DNA from: Bacteroidales bacterium
GTDB lineage: Bacteria; Bacteroidota; Bacteroidia; Bacteroidales; 4484-276
NCBI GenBank assembly: GCA_035647615.1
Contig: DASRND010000003.1
Span: 195,135 to 259,134, forward strand
Length of the DNA stretch: 64,000 nt
Direction: 5' to 3'
Below the pieces are notes generated by a model. That model was not told the DNA's origin and did no database searches. It worked only from the letters and a program-made list of their open reading frames with translations. Positions 17,981 through 27,575 of this stretch are shown piece by piece. The translations under genes and the position numbers were made by a program. Positions within the stretch are counted from its first letter, which is position 1; each line of letters starts with the position of its first letter.

Positions 17981-18086
17981 AAATTCCAAATGACAAGGAA
18001 ACAAGCTTCAAATAAATTACAAGTTTCAAAAATCAAATTTACAGCCAAAAAGCTACGGTGTTTGGGATTTGGCTTTTGGAGCTTTT
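17981..18086. repeat. intergenic low-complexity repeat, copy between mrdA and rodA
   Basis: AAATTCCAAATGACAAGG.. followed by TTTGGGATTTGGCTTTTGGAGC, related to 15941-16020. Confidence 0.5.
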
Positions 18087-18124
18087 GATATGAATGAATC
18101 GACTTTAAATATTATTACTAAAAA

Positions 18125-19384
18125 GTGAGTTCACGCAACAACATATTCAGCAATATCGACTGGTGGATGGTTCTGCTCTATCTTGTGATGGTTTTGCTGG
18201 GATGGCTCAACATTTATGCAGCCATTTACGAAGAGGAGCATAATTCTATTATCGATCTGTCGCAGCGTTATGGCAAGCAGATGATCTTTATCGGAAGCTC
18301 GTTGTTGCTGGCATTGGTCATACTGCTCACCGATGCAAAGTTTTTCTCTACCTTTTCGATGGTCATTTATTTGGCAACAATAGCTATGCTGGTGGGCGTG
18401 CTGCTATTTGGTAAAGAAATCGCGGGCAGCAAGTCGTGGTTTCAGATCGGCAGCTTTTCGCTCCAGCCGGCCGAGTTTGCCAAATTTGCAACCTGCTTGG
18501 CGGTAGCCAATTATCTGGGTGGCTCCAACATCGACTTTCGTAAATTCAGCTCTGTTTTTAAAGCATTCCTTATTCTGGCCATTCCGGCAGGACTTATCCT
18601 ACTGCAAAACGATACAGGCTCGGCGTTGGTGTACGCTGCTTTCATCTTTGTTTTTTATCGCGAAGGGATGACCGGTCAGGTGCTTATCATCGCATTAATC
18701 GTCATCTTTTTATTTTTGATGGCGCTGCTCATCGAACAGTGGATAATCATAGCCGGTCTGGTGTTGTTATCAGTGCTTTTTCTGATTTTGATGCGACGAA
18801 CTTTGCGAAGCGTTGCTATCCTGATAACATTTCTGGTGCTGGCTTCCGGATTTGTGTTTTCGGTGGATTATGCTTTCGATAATATCCTTGAGCCGCATCA
18901 TCGCACACGTATCAATGTGTTGCTTGGTAAAGAAACCGATACCAAAGGTGCCGGCTACAACGTCAACCAGTCGCTTATCGCAATAGGATCGGGAGGCTTT
19001 GCAGGAAAAGGGTTTCTGAATGGTACCCAAACCAAGTATAATTTCGTACCAGAACAAAGCACCGATTTCATTTTTTGCACTGTGGGCGAAGAGTGGGGAT
19101 TTATCGGCAGCACGTTGGTGGTGGCGCTATTTGTATTGCTCATCGTGCGCATCATTCTGCACTCCGAACGACAACGCTCCGCCTTTGGCCGCGTCTATGG
19201 CTATGGTGTAGCGTCCATTCTGTTTTTCCATTTCGCCGTCAATATCGCCATGACGCTGGGACTCTTCCCGGTAATTGGCATCCCATTGCCCTTCTTTAGT
19301 TACGGCGGCTCCTCGCTGTGGGCTTTCACTATCCTTCTCTTTATCTTCATAAAGCTCGATGCAAACCGGCTGAATATCCTCTAG
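18125..19384 (+). CDS. rodA: rod shape-determining protein RodA (SEDS family)
   Basis: GTG start, about 10 TM segments, and the SEDS blocks QPAEFAKF, DTGSAL, PEQSTDFIF and LPFFSYGGSS. Confidence 0.9.
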   Translation: MSSRNNIFSNIDWWMVLLYLVMVLLGWLNIYAAIYEEEHNSIIDLSQRYGKQMIFIGSSLLLALVILLTDAKFFSTFSMVIYLATIAMLVGVLLFGKEIAGSKSWFQIGSFSLQPAEFAKFATCLAVANYLGGSNIDFRKFSSVFKAFLILAIPAGLILLQNDTGSALVYAAFIFVFYREGMTGQVLIIALIVIFLFLMALLIEQWIIIAGLVLLSVLFLILMRRTLRSVAILITFLVLASGFVFSVDYAFDNILEPHHRTRINVLLGKETDTKGAGYNVNQSLIAIGSGGFAGKGFLNGTQTKYNFVPEQSTDFIFCTVGEEWGFIGSTLVVALFVLLIVRIILHSERQRSAFGRVYGYGVASILFFHFAVNIAMTLGLFPVIGIPLPFFSYGGSSLWAFTILLFIFIKLDANRLNIL

Positions 19385-19509
19385 GTGAGGTCATCTAGTC
19401 TCCGGCATCCCCCCGAACACTTTTTGCCCTGGCTTGTTATCTGCTCACAAAGCAAAAATAAGTTTTGCATCTCAAGAAATAAAAACACCTATTTTCTAAA
19501 AATAAAATC

Positions 19510-20667
19510 ATGAATAGTTTCACGTATTACAACCCCACAAAGATTATTTTTGGTGAAAACACCATCCGCCGAATCGTCCAGGAAATCCCATCAGACGCTG
19601 TCGTGCTGATGACTTACGGTGGAGGATCGATTAAAAAAAATGGTGCTTACGACCAGGTAAAAAAAGCTTTAAAAAATTATGAGGTTCTCGAATTTGGCGG
19701 CATAGAAGCCAATCCACAATACAGCACGCTGATGAAAGCGGTGGAGCTTTGTCGCGATAAGCAAGTTGATTTTCTGCTGGCTGTTGGCGGTGGCTCTGTG
19801 ATCGACGGCACCAAGTTTATTGCTGCCGCCGTGCCTTTTGAAGGCGATCCCTGGGATATGCCGGCCAAAGGTGCCAAAATAAAAAAAGCTTTGCCATTCG
19901 GAGCTGTCCTTACTTTGCCGGCCACCGGCAGCGAGATGAATGCCTTTGCTGTGGTGTCGCGTAAGGAAATTGGGAAGAAACTTTCTTTTGGCGCACCGCC
20001 GCATACATTCCCACGTTTTTCTGTACTCGATCCCACTTTTACTCGAACACTCTCCGCACGGCAGCGCGGCAACGGCGTAACGGATGCTTTCATCCATGTC
20101 ACCGAACAATACCTCACCTATCCGCAGGGTGCCGCGGTGCAGGATCGCATGGCCGAAGGAATTCTGAAAGTGCTTATCGATGAGGGTCCGGAATATGTCA
20201 AAGAATCAGGAGATATGAAGGCTGCTGCCAATATTGTATGGGCGGCGAGCATGGCACTCAATGGGCTGCTGGCCACCGGCGTGGTAACTGATTGGGCTAC
20301 GCACAGCATCGGGCACGAACTTACGGTGCTGCACAATATCGATCACGCGCGCACTCTGGCGGTGATTTGGCCGGGGATGATGAAAGTGATGAAAGAAGAA
20401 AAGAAAGGCAAGCTGCTGCAGTTTGCACAGCGTGTGTGGGATATCCGGGCGGGAAGTGAGCAGGAACAGATAGAAGAGGGTATCCGGCGCACCGAAGAAT
20501 TTTTTAATTCACTGCAAGTGCCCACAAGGCTTTCTGACTATGACCTGGGCGAAGATACCATCGACAGGATTATCGAAAACCTCAAGGATAATGGCTTTAC
20601 AGCACTGGGAGAGCAAAAAAAGGTTACCCCCGAAAAGATTCGCAGCATCCTCAGCGGTCGGCTTTAG
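19510..20667 (+). CDS. iron-containing (group III) alcohol dehydrogenase, YqhD/BdhA-like
   Basis: MNSFTYYNPTKIIFGEN, GGGSVIDGTKFIA and HSIGHELT..HNIDHARTLA, which includes the metal-binding His residues. Confidence 0.85.
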   Translation: MNSFTYYNPTKIIFGENTIRRIVQEIPSDAVVLMTYGGGSIKKNGAYDQVKKALKNYEVLEFGGIEANPQYSTLMKAVELCRDKQVDFLLAVGGGSVIDGTKFIAAAVPFEGDPWDMPAKGAKIKKALPFGAVLTLPATGSEMNAFAVVSRKEIGKKLSFGAPPHTFPRFSVLDPTFTRTLSARQRGNGVTDAFIHVTEQYLTYPQGAAVQDRMAEGILKVLIDEGPEYVKESGDMKAAANIVWAASMALNGLLATGVVTDWATHSIGHELTVLHNIDHARTLAVIWPGMMKVMKEEKKGKLLQFAQRVWDIRAGSEQEQIEEGIRRTEEFFNSLQVPTRLSDYDLGEDTIDRIIENLKDNGFTALGEQKKVTPEKIRSILSGRL

Positions 20668-20672
20668 GCACG

Positions 20673-21767
20673 TTACCGGTTGAGGCGGTAAAGGCTGCCG
20701 GGCAGTGCGCGCACCAAACCCTGAAATTCGAGCGTGAGCAGCGTGCTGCTTACTTTGTTTACGGGTAGCGACAAAGCCAGACTCATCTCGTCAAGCCCCA
20801 GCGTGTCGGCGTTGCGCAGCATATTTACAATGCTTTCTTCGAGCGGGGTAAGCTCTACAAAAAGTTGCCGCTGTATGCCTGTCTGCATATTTTCCTTGCG
20901 TTGCCACCCCATGATGTAAGCAATATCCTCGGCCGATTGCAACAAAGCAGCTTTGTTTATTTTGATCAACTTATTGCACCCTTCCGAAAAAACATCGCCA
21001 AGGCGCCCCGGCACGCTAAAGACGTCGCGGTTATAGCTATTGGCAATCTCAGCAGTAATCAGTGCTCCGCCCGAGAGGGCAGCTTCTACCACTACCACGG
21101 CGTCGGACATACCGGCGATGATGCGGTTGCGTTTGGGGAAGTTCTCCCGGTCGGGAAGGGTCTGGCTCATAAATTCGGCGAGGAGTGCCCCGTGATCACA
21201 AATCTTTTCTGACAAAGGTTTGTTGAGATAAGGATAAATCCTGTCGAGCCCATGGCCCAGCACCGCAGCGGTGTGAAGACCATGATCCAGCGCAGCTTTG
21301 TGCGCACATGTGTCGATGCCATAAGCCAGCCCGCTTAACACAAGCACATTGTAGCCAGCCAGACCTTCTACAATTTTGTTACAAATTTCTTTGCCATACT
21401 CCGTAGCCTTGCGCGTGCCCACGATGCTTACCACTTTGGCGGTATTGAGGTCGGTGTGGCCTTTTTGATAAAGCATGATGGGGCTGTCCTCACAGTTTTT
21501 TAGTCGCGCCGGGTATTGCTTATCGAGATAAAAAAGTGGCTGAATATTATTCTTTTCGATAAATTCAATTTCTTCTTTAGCGCGGTCCAGCACGTTATGC
21601 GAAAAGATGGAATCGATCAATTTGCTGCCGATGCCGGGGATTTTTTTTAGCGCTTCCCGACTTTCTTTAAAAACTGCTTCGGCACCACCGCAGTAGGCGA
21701 TGAGCTTTTTGCCAATCACATCACCGACACCGGGTAGCAGCGTTATTCCAATTTGATATGCTAACAT
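20673..21767 (-). CDS. dprA: DNA-processing protein DprA
   Basis: VSIVGTRKATEYGK..LSGLAYGIDTCAHKAAL..GALLAEF..FPKRNRIIAG, with a C-terminal winged-helix-like tail. Confidence 0.9.
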   Translation of the reverse strand: MLAYQIGITLLPGVGDVIGKKLIAYCGGAEAVFKESREALKKIPGIGSKLIDSIFSHNVLDRAKEEIEFIEKNNIQPLFYLDKQYPARLKNCEDSPIMLYQKGHTDLNTAKVVSIVGTRKATEYGKEICNKIVEGLAGYNVLVLSGLAYGIDTCAHKAALDHGLHTAAVLGHGLDRIYPYLNKPLSEKICDHGALLAEFMSQTLPDRENFPKRNRIIAGMSDAVVVVEAALSGGALITAEIANSYNRDVFSVPGRLGDVFSEGCNKLIKINKAALLQSAEDIAYIMGWQRKENMQTGIQRQLFVELTPLEESIVNMLRNADTLGLDEMSLALSLPVNKVSSTLLTLEFQGLVRALPGSLYRLNR

Positions 21768-21870
21768 TTTTAAAAATTGAAAGCCTAAAAATATAGATTT
21801 TTTGGCACCAGCCAGATGTTATGAGTATTTAAAGATCACATTAGGACAGGCTCGATAAGTCGGGATAAAT

Positions 21871-21878
21871 TATCTTTG
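21871..21878 (+). promoter_or_regulatory. -7 promoter box TATCTTTG upstream of lgt
   Basis: It matches TAnnTTTG and lies 27 nt upstream of the ATG at 21905. Confidence 0.45.
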
Positions 21879-21904
21879 CCAAAACTTTTAAAAAACAAAA
21901 AGAA

Positions 21905-22822
21905 ATGCTGTTACAATACATTGTCTGGAGCGTGAATCCTGAAATATTTCCCGGAACCGGAATCCATGTGCGATGGTACGGAGTTTTGTTTGCAGCAGCT
22001 TTCGGCTTTGGCTATCTGGTGATGCTGCGAATTTTTAAACATGAAAAACTGCCGGTGAGCATGCTCGACAAGCTTTCGATGTATATGCTTATCGCCACGG
22101 TGATAGGCGCGCGGCTGGGGCACATTATCTTTTACGAAGCAGATTATTACCTGGCCAATCCTATCGAAGTTCTAAAAATCTGGAACGGCGGACTGGCTTC
22201 ACATGGTGCCGCCATTGGTATCCTGGTGGGGTTGTGGCTCTTTACACGCAAAACCAAAAAGACCTATTTCTGGGTTATGGATCGCATCGTGATTGTAGTA
22301 GCGCTGGGCGGTGCTTTTATTCGTTTGGGCAACCTGATGAACTCCGAAATAATAGGAAACATCACCGACGTGCCCTGGGCTTTTATCTTTACGAGCTACG
22401 ATGCCGCGCCGCGTCATCCCGCACAAATCTACGAAGCGCTCAGCTATCTGGCCATCTTCGGATTCCTCTATTGGATATACTGGCGTAACGATGGCAAACC
22501 CAGGCCAGGATTCATTTTTGGGATATTCTTGATTTTGCTTTTTACGGCGCGCTTCCTCATCGAATTTGTAAAAGAACCCCAGGTAGATTTCGAAACCACC
22601 ATGACGCTCAACATGGGCCAATGGCTCAGTCTGCCCTTTATTGCCGTTGGATTGGTAATTGTGCTGATAAACCCGATAATGGCGACATTGACAGCTATTA
22701 TGAAAATAATCCAAAGATTCTTCAAGAATATAAAACTGACATTAAGACGGATATTAGGAAAAATTTGGAAATCTTTTGAGAGGCGGCTAGAAGAATTCTT
22801 AAAATGGAAACGAAGTTTATAA
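21905..22822 (+). CDS. lgt: prolipoprotein diacylglyceryl transferase; last ~45 codons read through a decayed HepT remnant
   Basis: Lgt blocks VRWYGVLFAAAF, GGLASHGAAIG and RHPAQIYEAL, then the last TM helix GQWLSLPFIAVGLVIVLI. The tail from ~22690 onward is nucleotide-homologous to hepT but is read in a different frame. Confidence 0.85.
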   Translation: MLLQYIVWSVNPEIFPGTGIHVRWYGVLFAAAFGFGYLVMLRIFKHEKLPVSMLDKLSMYMLIATVIGARLGHIIFYEADYYLANPIEVLKIWNGGLASHGAAIGILVGLWLFTRKTKKTYFWVMDRIVIVVALGGAFIRLGNLMNSEIIGNITDVPWAFIFTSYDAAPRHPAQIYEALSYLAIFGFLYWIYWRNDGKPRPGFIFGIFLILLFTARFLIEFVKEPQVDFETTMTLNMGQWLSLPFIAVGLVIVLINPIMATLTAIMKIIQRFFKNIKLTLRRILGKIWKSFERRLEEFLKWKRSL

Positions 22823-22950
22823 TTAAAAGTGCTTAAATAATCATCGGAACCCGAAGCCGAATAATTCATGGCTGCGACAAAATTTCCGATGATTTGACTT
22901 GGAGTATTGTAATCAATCATTTACCCTGATTAAAAGGCGAAACCAAGGGA
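22687..22950 (+). pseudogene. decayed HepT (DUF86) toxin remnant
   Basis: By-eye alignment of ~265 nt to 23402-23670 of the intact hepT downstream gives roughly 80% identity. There is a 3-nt deletion and in-frame stops, for example GCTTAAATAATC where hepT has GCCGAAAAAATT. GTRSRIIHGCD is still readable. Confidence 0.65.
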
Positions 22951-22980
22951 TTTTCGAATTAATAAAATGCCTAAGATGTT

Positions 22981-23020
22981 TGCGGTGGCTGAGCCTGTTG
23001 AAACCACGCAATCAAAAGGA
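22981..23020. repeat. ~40-nt hairpin-like motif TGCGGTG..TGAGCCTGTYGAAA.., copy 1
   Basis: It is similar to 56021-56060. Both copies lie just upstream of a plus-strand start codon. Confidence 0.4.
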
Positions 23021-23055
23021 ATGATGATTGATAAAAAAGATCATACTTTTGTGTT

Positions 23056-23355
23056 ATGAAGATTATCGACAAAAATATTGATAGAATCAGGGCTTTATGC
23101 AATGAGCATAGAGTGGCTCAGCTATTTGTATTTGGTTCAGTATTGAGTGATCGTTTTGATGATGCAAGTGATGTCGACTTTCTGGTTGATTTTGCAGGGG
23201 TAGATTTGTACGATTATGCGGATAATTATTTTGATTTTAAAAAATCGTTGGAAAATGTACTCAGGAGGGAGGTAGACTTGCTTGAAGGGAAAGCCGTTAA
23301 AAATCCATATCTTCTTGAATCGATAAATGCTTCAAAACAATTGATCTATGGATAA
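23056..23355 (+). CDS. mntA: MntA-type nucleotidyltransferase antitoxin
   Basis: GSVLSDRFDDASDVDFLVDF is the minimal nucleotidyltransferase G-S..D-x-D motif. It overlaps the downstream DUF86 gene by 8 nt (ATGGATAA). Confidence 0.75.
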   Translation: MKIIDKNIDRIRALCNEHRVAQLFVFGSVLSDRFDDASDVDFLVDFAGVDLYDYADNYFDFKKSLENVLRREVDLLEGKAVKNPYLLESINASKQLIYG

Positions 23356-23698
23356 AGAGATAAAAACATGGCTTTATGATACTTTGCAATCCATCGAAGA
23401 GATTGAAAGCTATTATGAAAACAAGCCAAGGATTTATGAAGAATATAAAACGGACATTAAGACTAAGAGGGCTATTGAGCGGAATTTGGAAATCATTGGA
23501 GAGGCCGTTAATAGGATTCTAAAAAAAGACCCGAAATTTATACTTAACAATGCCGAAAAAATTATCGGAACCCGAAACCGAATAATTCATGGCTACGACA
23601 AAGTTTCTGATGATTTGGTTTGGAGTATTGTAATCAAGCATTTACCCCGGCTAAAAGACGAAGTGGATGGATTGTTGAGCGAATCATGCGGTGATTAA
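23348..23698 (+). CDS. hepT: HepT (DUF86/HEPN) toxin
   Basis: RNRIIHGYD is the HEPN R-x4-H-x-Y motif. The protein is 116 aa and pairs with the upstream nucleotidyltransferase. Confidence 0.8.
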   Translation: MDKEIKTWLYDTLQSIEEIESYYENKPRIYEEYKTDIKTKRAIERNLEIIGEAVNRILKKDPKFILNNAEKIIGTRNRIIHGYDKVSDDLVWSIVIKHLPRLKDEVDGLLSESCGD

Positions 23699-23798
23699 GA
23701 TGTGTTTTTACCGCAAATAGTGCGGAAAATAAAAACGCACTCTTCAGTAACCATTTCCCTCCTCATTCTAAAAACCTTTTTTTTAAAATCGATTTATA

Positions 23799-23840
23799 AA
23801 AAAAATGCCGGCAACAGATATCTGTTTGCCGGCATTTTTT
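23799..23840. terminator. bidirectional terminator hairpin
   Basis: AAAAAATGCCGGCAACAGATATCTGTTTGCCGGCATTTTTT is a near-perfect palindrome flanked by an A-run and a T-run, between convergent genes. Confidence 0.65.
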
Positions 23841-23860
23841 ATTTGTGCGACTGCAGAGGG

Positions 23861-26800
23861 CTAAAACTTCTCCAACAGCTCGTTTAGAATTGCATCGGTT
23901 TTTGTAGCCTGTTCGGATTGCTTGAACTCTCTGGCCAGCATCGACATACGCTGCAGTACCATGACAGCCTGTTCAGTTTCCTGCTGGTAATATTGCTTAA
24001 ACTTAGGTTTTAAAGAAGCATAATACTCCAGATCTCCGGCGTAATTATTTATAAAAATATCGGCGGAAGCATTGCCTTTTTCCATGGCACCAGCTTCGTA
24101 ATAGTTTTGCACCAACGACAGCGTGTACAGGTCGTAATGAAACTTGTTGTCGGGGAAGAACTTCTGCATAGTGTCGAGCACTACCACGGCAGAATCGGGC
24201 ATATTTTCCGCGATGAGTGCCTGCGACAGCCGCAAATAATTTTGCATCGGCATGATGGAGTTGCGGCGGCTTTCGGGGTCTAGATATACTTTCGGGTCGT
24301 TCAGGTTACCCCATTTCGCCTTGTTCACCAGCAAGTCGTAACATTCGTCGGTGTTGATTCCGCCCAGACCTCTGTACATGTGGTCGGCTTTTACGGGTAA
24401 AAACCGATAAACTATGCCTTCGAGGTGGCAATATTCATCTACATTCAGCACATTTTCGATAGCGGCCGGACTGGTAAAATAAATGGGTCGCTTCCAGTTG
24501 TTTGAGGCGATGAGGTCGAGCAGCATCAAATCATTTTTATACAAATAGCTTTGCCCCTTTATCTTCCAGCTGACCACCGGCTCAATACGGTCGTACATGT
24601 CTTCCGGAATCAGTTTATTACTCACAAGATAAGCCGAGTCGGTGGTGAGCTTCAGATTTCGTGTGGGTGCAAAATTAAACGAGGAGCCGTCGCCAAGAGA
24701 TACTTTTGAATCAGCGTTTGAACTGGCGATAAAATTGATGACCTGTTTTAGCTCCACCGGGCCTTGCAGTCTTTCGAGTACCGGCACGTAATTATTGGTA
24801 CCTTTTTCGTAATCCTCTGCTTTAAGTGTAAAAGGCAGTTTTTCGGAGTCATAAATTTTGCGCATCATCTGGTGGATGTACCACTCGCCGGAAGCCAGCA
24901 TAAAATTCACTACGCGCACGTCGGTGCGGATTCCTTCTACTTCCTGTACGTACCAAAGCGGGAAAGTGTCGTTGTCGCCGTTGGTAAACAGAATGGCGTT
25001 GGGTTCGCACGATTCCAGATAATTGATTGCAAAATCGCGGGCTGCATATTTCCCGGAGCGGTCGTGATCGTCCCACCCTTCAGAAGCCATGAGGCCGGGC
25101 ACCAGCACCAGCGATAGCACTGTTGCGATAATTGCCGACAGTTTTGGATTTATCACTTTGCGCAAAAGGTTATAAATGGCCAGTACGCCCAGTCCTATCC
25201 ACATGGCAAAAGCGTAGGCGGAGCCGGCGTAGGCGTAGTCGCGCTCACGTGGCTGATACGGATATTGGTTGAGGTACACCACAATGGCTGCTCCTGTCAT
25301 CAAAAACAACAGCCCTACTACGATGGTATTGCGGTAGTCGCGGTTGAGCTGGAAAAATAGCCCGGCCAGTCCCAGCAGCAGAGGCAGCATGAATAGCTTG
25401 TTGTTAGCGCGGTTTTGGCGGGTGGCTGGCAGATTGTTCTGGTTGCCCAGTTTTTTTGCATCCAAAGCTTCGATACCGGTAATCCAGTTGCCGTTTTCGA
25501 TGCTGCCATGTCCCTGAATATCGTTTTGCCGGCCGGAGTAGTTCCACATAAAATAGCGGAAATACATAAAGCCCATTTGGTAGCTGAAAAAATAGGTCAG
25601 GTTTTCGCTAAAGGTAGGTTTCACAATGGTTTCCACTTTGCCTTCTCGGTTGGTGTGGGGGATGGGGACACCTTTTATTTTTCCCCAGTTTTTGTATTCG
25701 CGTATGTGCGTCTCTTTGGAGTTGCTCCACATTCGCGGAAAAACAGTAGTAAACTCAGGATCGTAAACAGGAATGACGCCTTTGCGGTCATCGGCAACCA
25801 CATATTTTTTGTCTTTGTCGCTGCGGATGTACACCGGCGTACCATCTTCCGAACCTGTCACCGGCGAGTTATAATAAGGCCCGTGGACTAATGGCCACGT
25901 GCCATATTGCTCCCGGTTGAGGTATGACAGCAGACCAACCGCATCTTTGGGTGCATTTTCGTTGATGGGCGTATTGGTGTTGGCGCGTATTACAATAATT
26001 AAAAAAGTAGAATAGCCAATGAGGATAAAAGTGATGGAGAGCACGGCTGTGTTGAGCAGCGATTTTTGTTTGCGGAAAAAATAGATCAGCAAGGCCGCAC
26101 CTCCGCCCACAAGAAGTCGCAGGAAGAAACTACCTGTGCCCCGGCTTTCGAGCATTATCAACAGAAAGAGTAAACCGGCAAGTCCGATGGCAATTTTTGC
26201 GTCGCGTGGGTTAACGCTGTTGGTAGCTTTGATGGCAAAAACAATGAGCGCAATCAGCAAAAACGCCAGGAAGATGGTACCGCTGTTGAAAGGAAGCCCC
26301 AGAGTATTTACAAAAATAAGTTCTGAGTGGGCAAACAACGATGCAATTTCCGGGATGATGCCAAACATGATAAAAGCCAGAATGGCTATCGAGATGCCGC
26401 CGGCTAAAAACATGCCCTTGGCGGTGGGTTTGTATTTACGGAAGTAAATCACAAAAGTGATGGCTGGAATGGCCAGCAGGTTGAGCATGTGCACACCCAC
26501 CGAAAGTCCTACCATGTAGGCGATAAGTACAAGCCAGCGCGCCGAGTGTTGTTCATCGGCCACTTCGTCCCACTTGAGGATAGCCCAGAACACGAAGGCG
26601 GTAAAGAACGACGACATGGCGTACACCTCGCCTTCTTCTGAGGAGAACCAAAACGAATCGCTGAACGTGTAAGCCAGAGCGCCTACGATGCCGCTGCCAA
26701 AGATGGCGATCATGCGGCCGGTGTTCATTTCGCCACCCAGCAGCGCAGCTTTGCGTGCCAGGATGGTGATGGTCCAGAACAAAAACAAGATGGTGAAGCT

Positions 26801-27061
26801 ACTCGAAAGCGCCGACATAATGTTGATTGAAAGCGCCACTTTGCTCACGTCGCCAAAGGCAAACAAGGAGAAGATACGTCCTATCAGCTGGAAAAAAGGC
26901 GCTCCCGGCGGATGGCCTACCTGCAATTTGTATGCTGTTGCAATGTATTCTCCACAGTCCCACCAACTGGCGGTAGGCTCTACTGTGAGCAAGTAAACCA
27001 CCGTCGCGATCAACCAGACACCCCAACCTATCAGGATGTTGAGTTTTTTGTATTGTTTCAT
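23861..27061 (-). CDS. DUF2723-family large polytopic membrane protein (glycosyltransferase-like)
   Basis: Start taken at MKQYKKLNILIGWGVW (ATG 27061). The N-terminus TVEPTASWWDCGEYIATAYKLQVGHPPGAPFFQLIGRIF is the DUF2723 signature as I recall it. There are many TM segments and a soluble C-terminal half. Confidence 0.75.
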   Translation of the reverse strand: MKQYKKLNILIGWGVWLIATVVYLLTVEPTASWWDCGEYIATAYKLQVGHPPGAPFFQLIGRIFSLFAFGDVSKVALSINIMSALSSSFTILFLFWTITILARKAALLGGEMNTGRMIAIFGSGIVGALAYTFSDSFWFSSEEGEVYAMSSFFTAFVFWAILKWDEVADEQHSARWLVLIAYMVGLSVGVHMLNLLAIPAITFVIYFRKYKPTAKGMFLAGGISIAILAFIMFGIIPEIASLFAHSELIFVNTLGLPFNSGTIFLAFLLIALIVFAIKATNSVNPRDAKIAIGLAGLLFLLIMLESRGTGSFFLRLLVGGGAALLIYFFRKQKSLLNTAVLSITFILIGYSTFLIIVIRANTNTPINENAPKDAVGLLSYLNREQYGTWPLVHGPYYNSPVTGSEDGTPVYIRSDKDKKYVVADDRKGVIPVYDPEFTTVFPRMWSNSKETHIREYKNWGKIKGVPIPHTNREGKVETIVKPTFSENLTYFFSYQMGFMYFRYFMWNYSGRQNDIQGHGSIENGNWITGIEALDAKKLGNQNNLPATRQNRANNKLFMLPLLLGLAGLFFQLNRDYRNTIVVGLLFLMTGAAIVVYLNQYPYQPRERDYAYAGSAYAFAMWIGLGVLAIYNLLRKVINPKLSAIIATVLSLVLVPGLMASEGWDDHDRSGKYAARDFAINYLESCEPNAILFTNGDNDTFPLWYVQEVEGIRTDVRVVNFMLASGEWYIHQMMRKIYDSEKLPFTLKAEDYEKGTNNYVPVLERLQGPVELKQVINFIASSNADSKVSLGDGSSFNFAPTRNLKLTTDSAYLVSNKLIPEDMYDRIEPVVSWKIKGQSYLYKNDLMLLDLIASNNWKRPIYFTSPAAIENVLNVDEYCHLEGIVYRFLPVKADHMYRGLGGINTDECYDLLVNKAKWGNLNDPKVYLDPESRRNSIMPMQNYLRLSQALIAENMPDSAVVVLDTMQKFFPDNKFHYDLYTLSLVQNYYEAGAMEKGNASADIFINNYAGDLEYYASLKPKFKQYYQQETEQAVMVLQRMSMLAREFKQSEQATKTDAILNELLEKF

Positions 27062-27190
27062 CAGATATCGATTTTGTGCCTTTTCTATTTTGTGGGCGAA
27101 ATTAAACATTTTCGGCCGAGCGGGTAACGATAAAGATTTTCTAAAGAGAAATGACGAACGAAATAATAGCAGAATTCCTACTCATCCACC

Positions 27191-27272
27191 AGTCACCCCG
27201 TGAATTTTGATTAGACCGAAAACATTCGCTCGGGCATTGGTTTGCTGGCCAGACGTTATTCACGGGGTGACT
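27191..27272. repeat. 82-bp palindromic element, copy 1
   Basis: It has perfect 15-nt terminal inverted repeats, AGTCACCCCGTGAAT and ATTCACGGGGTGACT. The internal part contains a G/C-rich palindromic core (GCTCGGGC in this copy, GCCCGGGC in copy 2) and the palindrome CTGGCCAG. Confidence 0.85.
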
Positions 27273-27285
27273 TCATCCACTCGCC

Positions 27286-27367
27286 AGTCACCCCGTGAAT
27301 GCTGACTAAACCTAAAACATTAGCCCGGGCATTGGTTTGCTGGCCAGACGTTATTCACGGGGTGACT
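27286..27367. repeat. 82-bp palindromic element, copy 2 (tandem, 13-nt spacer)
   Basis: It has the same 15-nt termini. The right half of the interior is identical to copy 1 and the left half is diverged. Confidence 0.85.
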
Positions 27368-27575
27368 TTCATTATCTGATTAATTTTTTTTCATGTACTT
27401 CATCATCTTGCAACTTGTCCGTGATATTCTATCGTCGGCCTGTTGACTTACCCAATGCCCATGTAAATGAAAAATTATAGAAAACATCCTTCGTGATGGA
27501 ATATTCTTTAATTTTGGCTCTTAATAAATTATAATCAGGCAAATGAGTAGAAATAACCTTTAAAAAAATAAAATT

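Noticed and set aside
22468-22920. A 150-aa minus-strand ORF spanning the lgt 3' end and the HepT remnant.
   Set aside because: It is antisense to Lgt's conserved TM region and to the HepT-homologous DNA. It is better explained as a by-product of AT-rich pseudogene sequence.
23702-23887. A 61-aa ORF after hepT.
   Set aside because: It runs through the bidirectional terminator palindrome and into the 3' end of the convergent DUF2723 gene.
27191-27367. The tandem palindromic repeats considered as a possible mini CRISPR array.
   Set aside because: There are only two adjacent copies with a 13-nt spacer. The repeats are 82 nt long and internally palindromic end to end. No cas genes or leader are present in the window.
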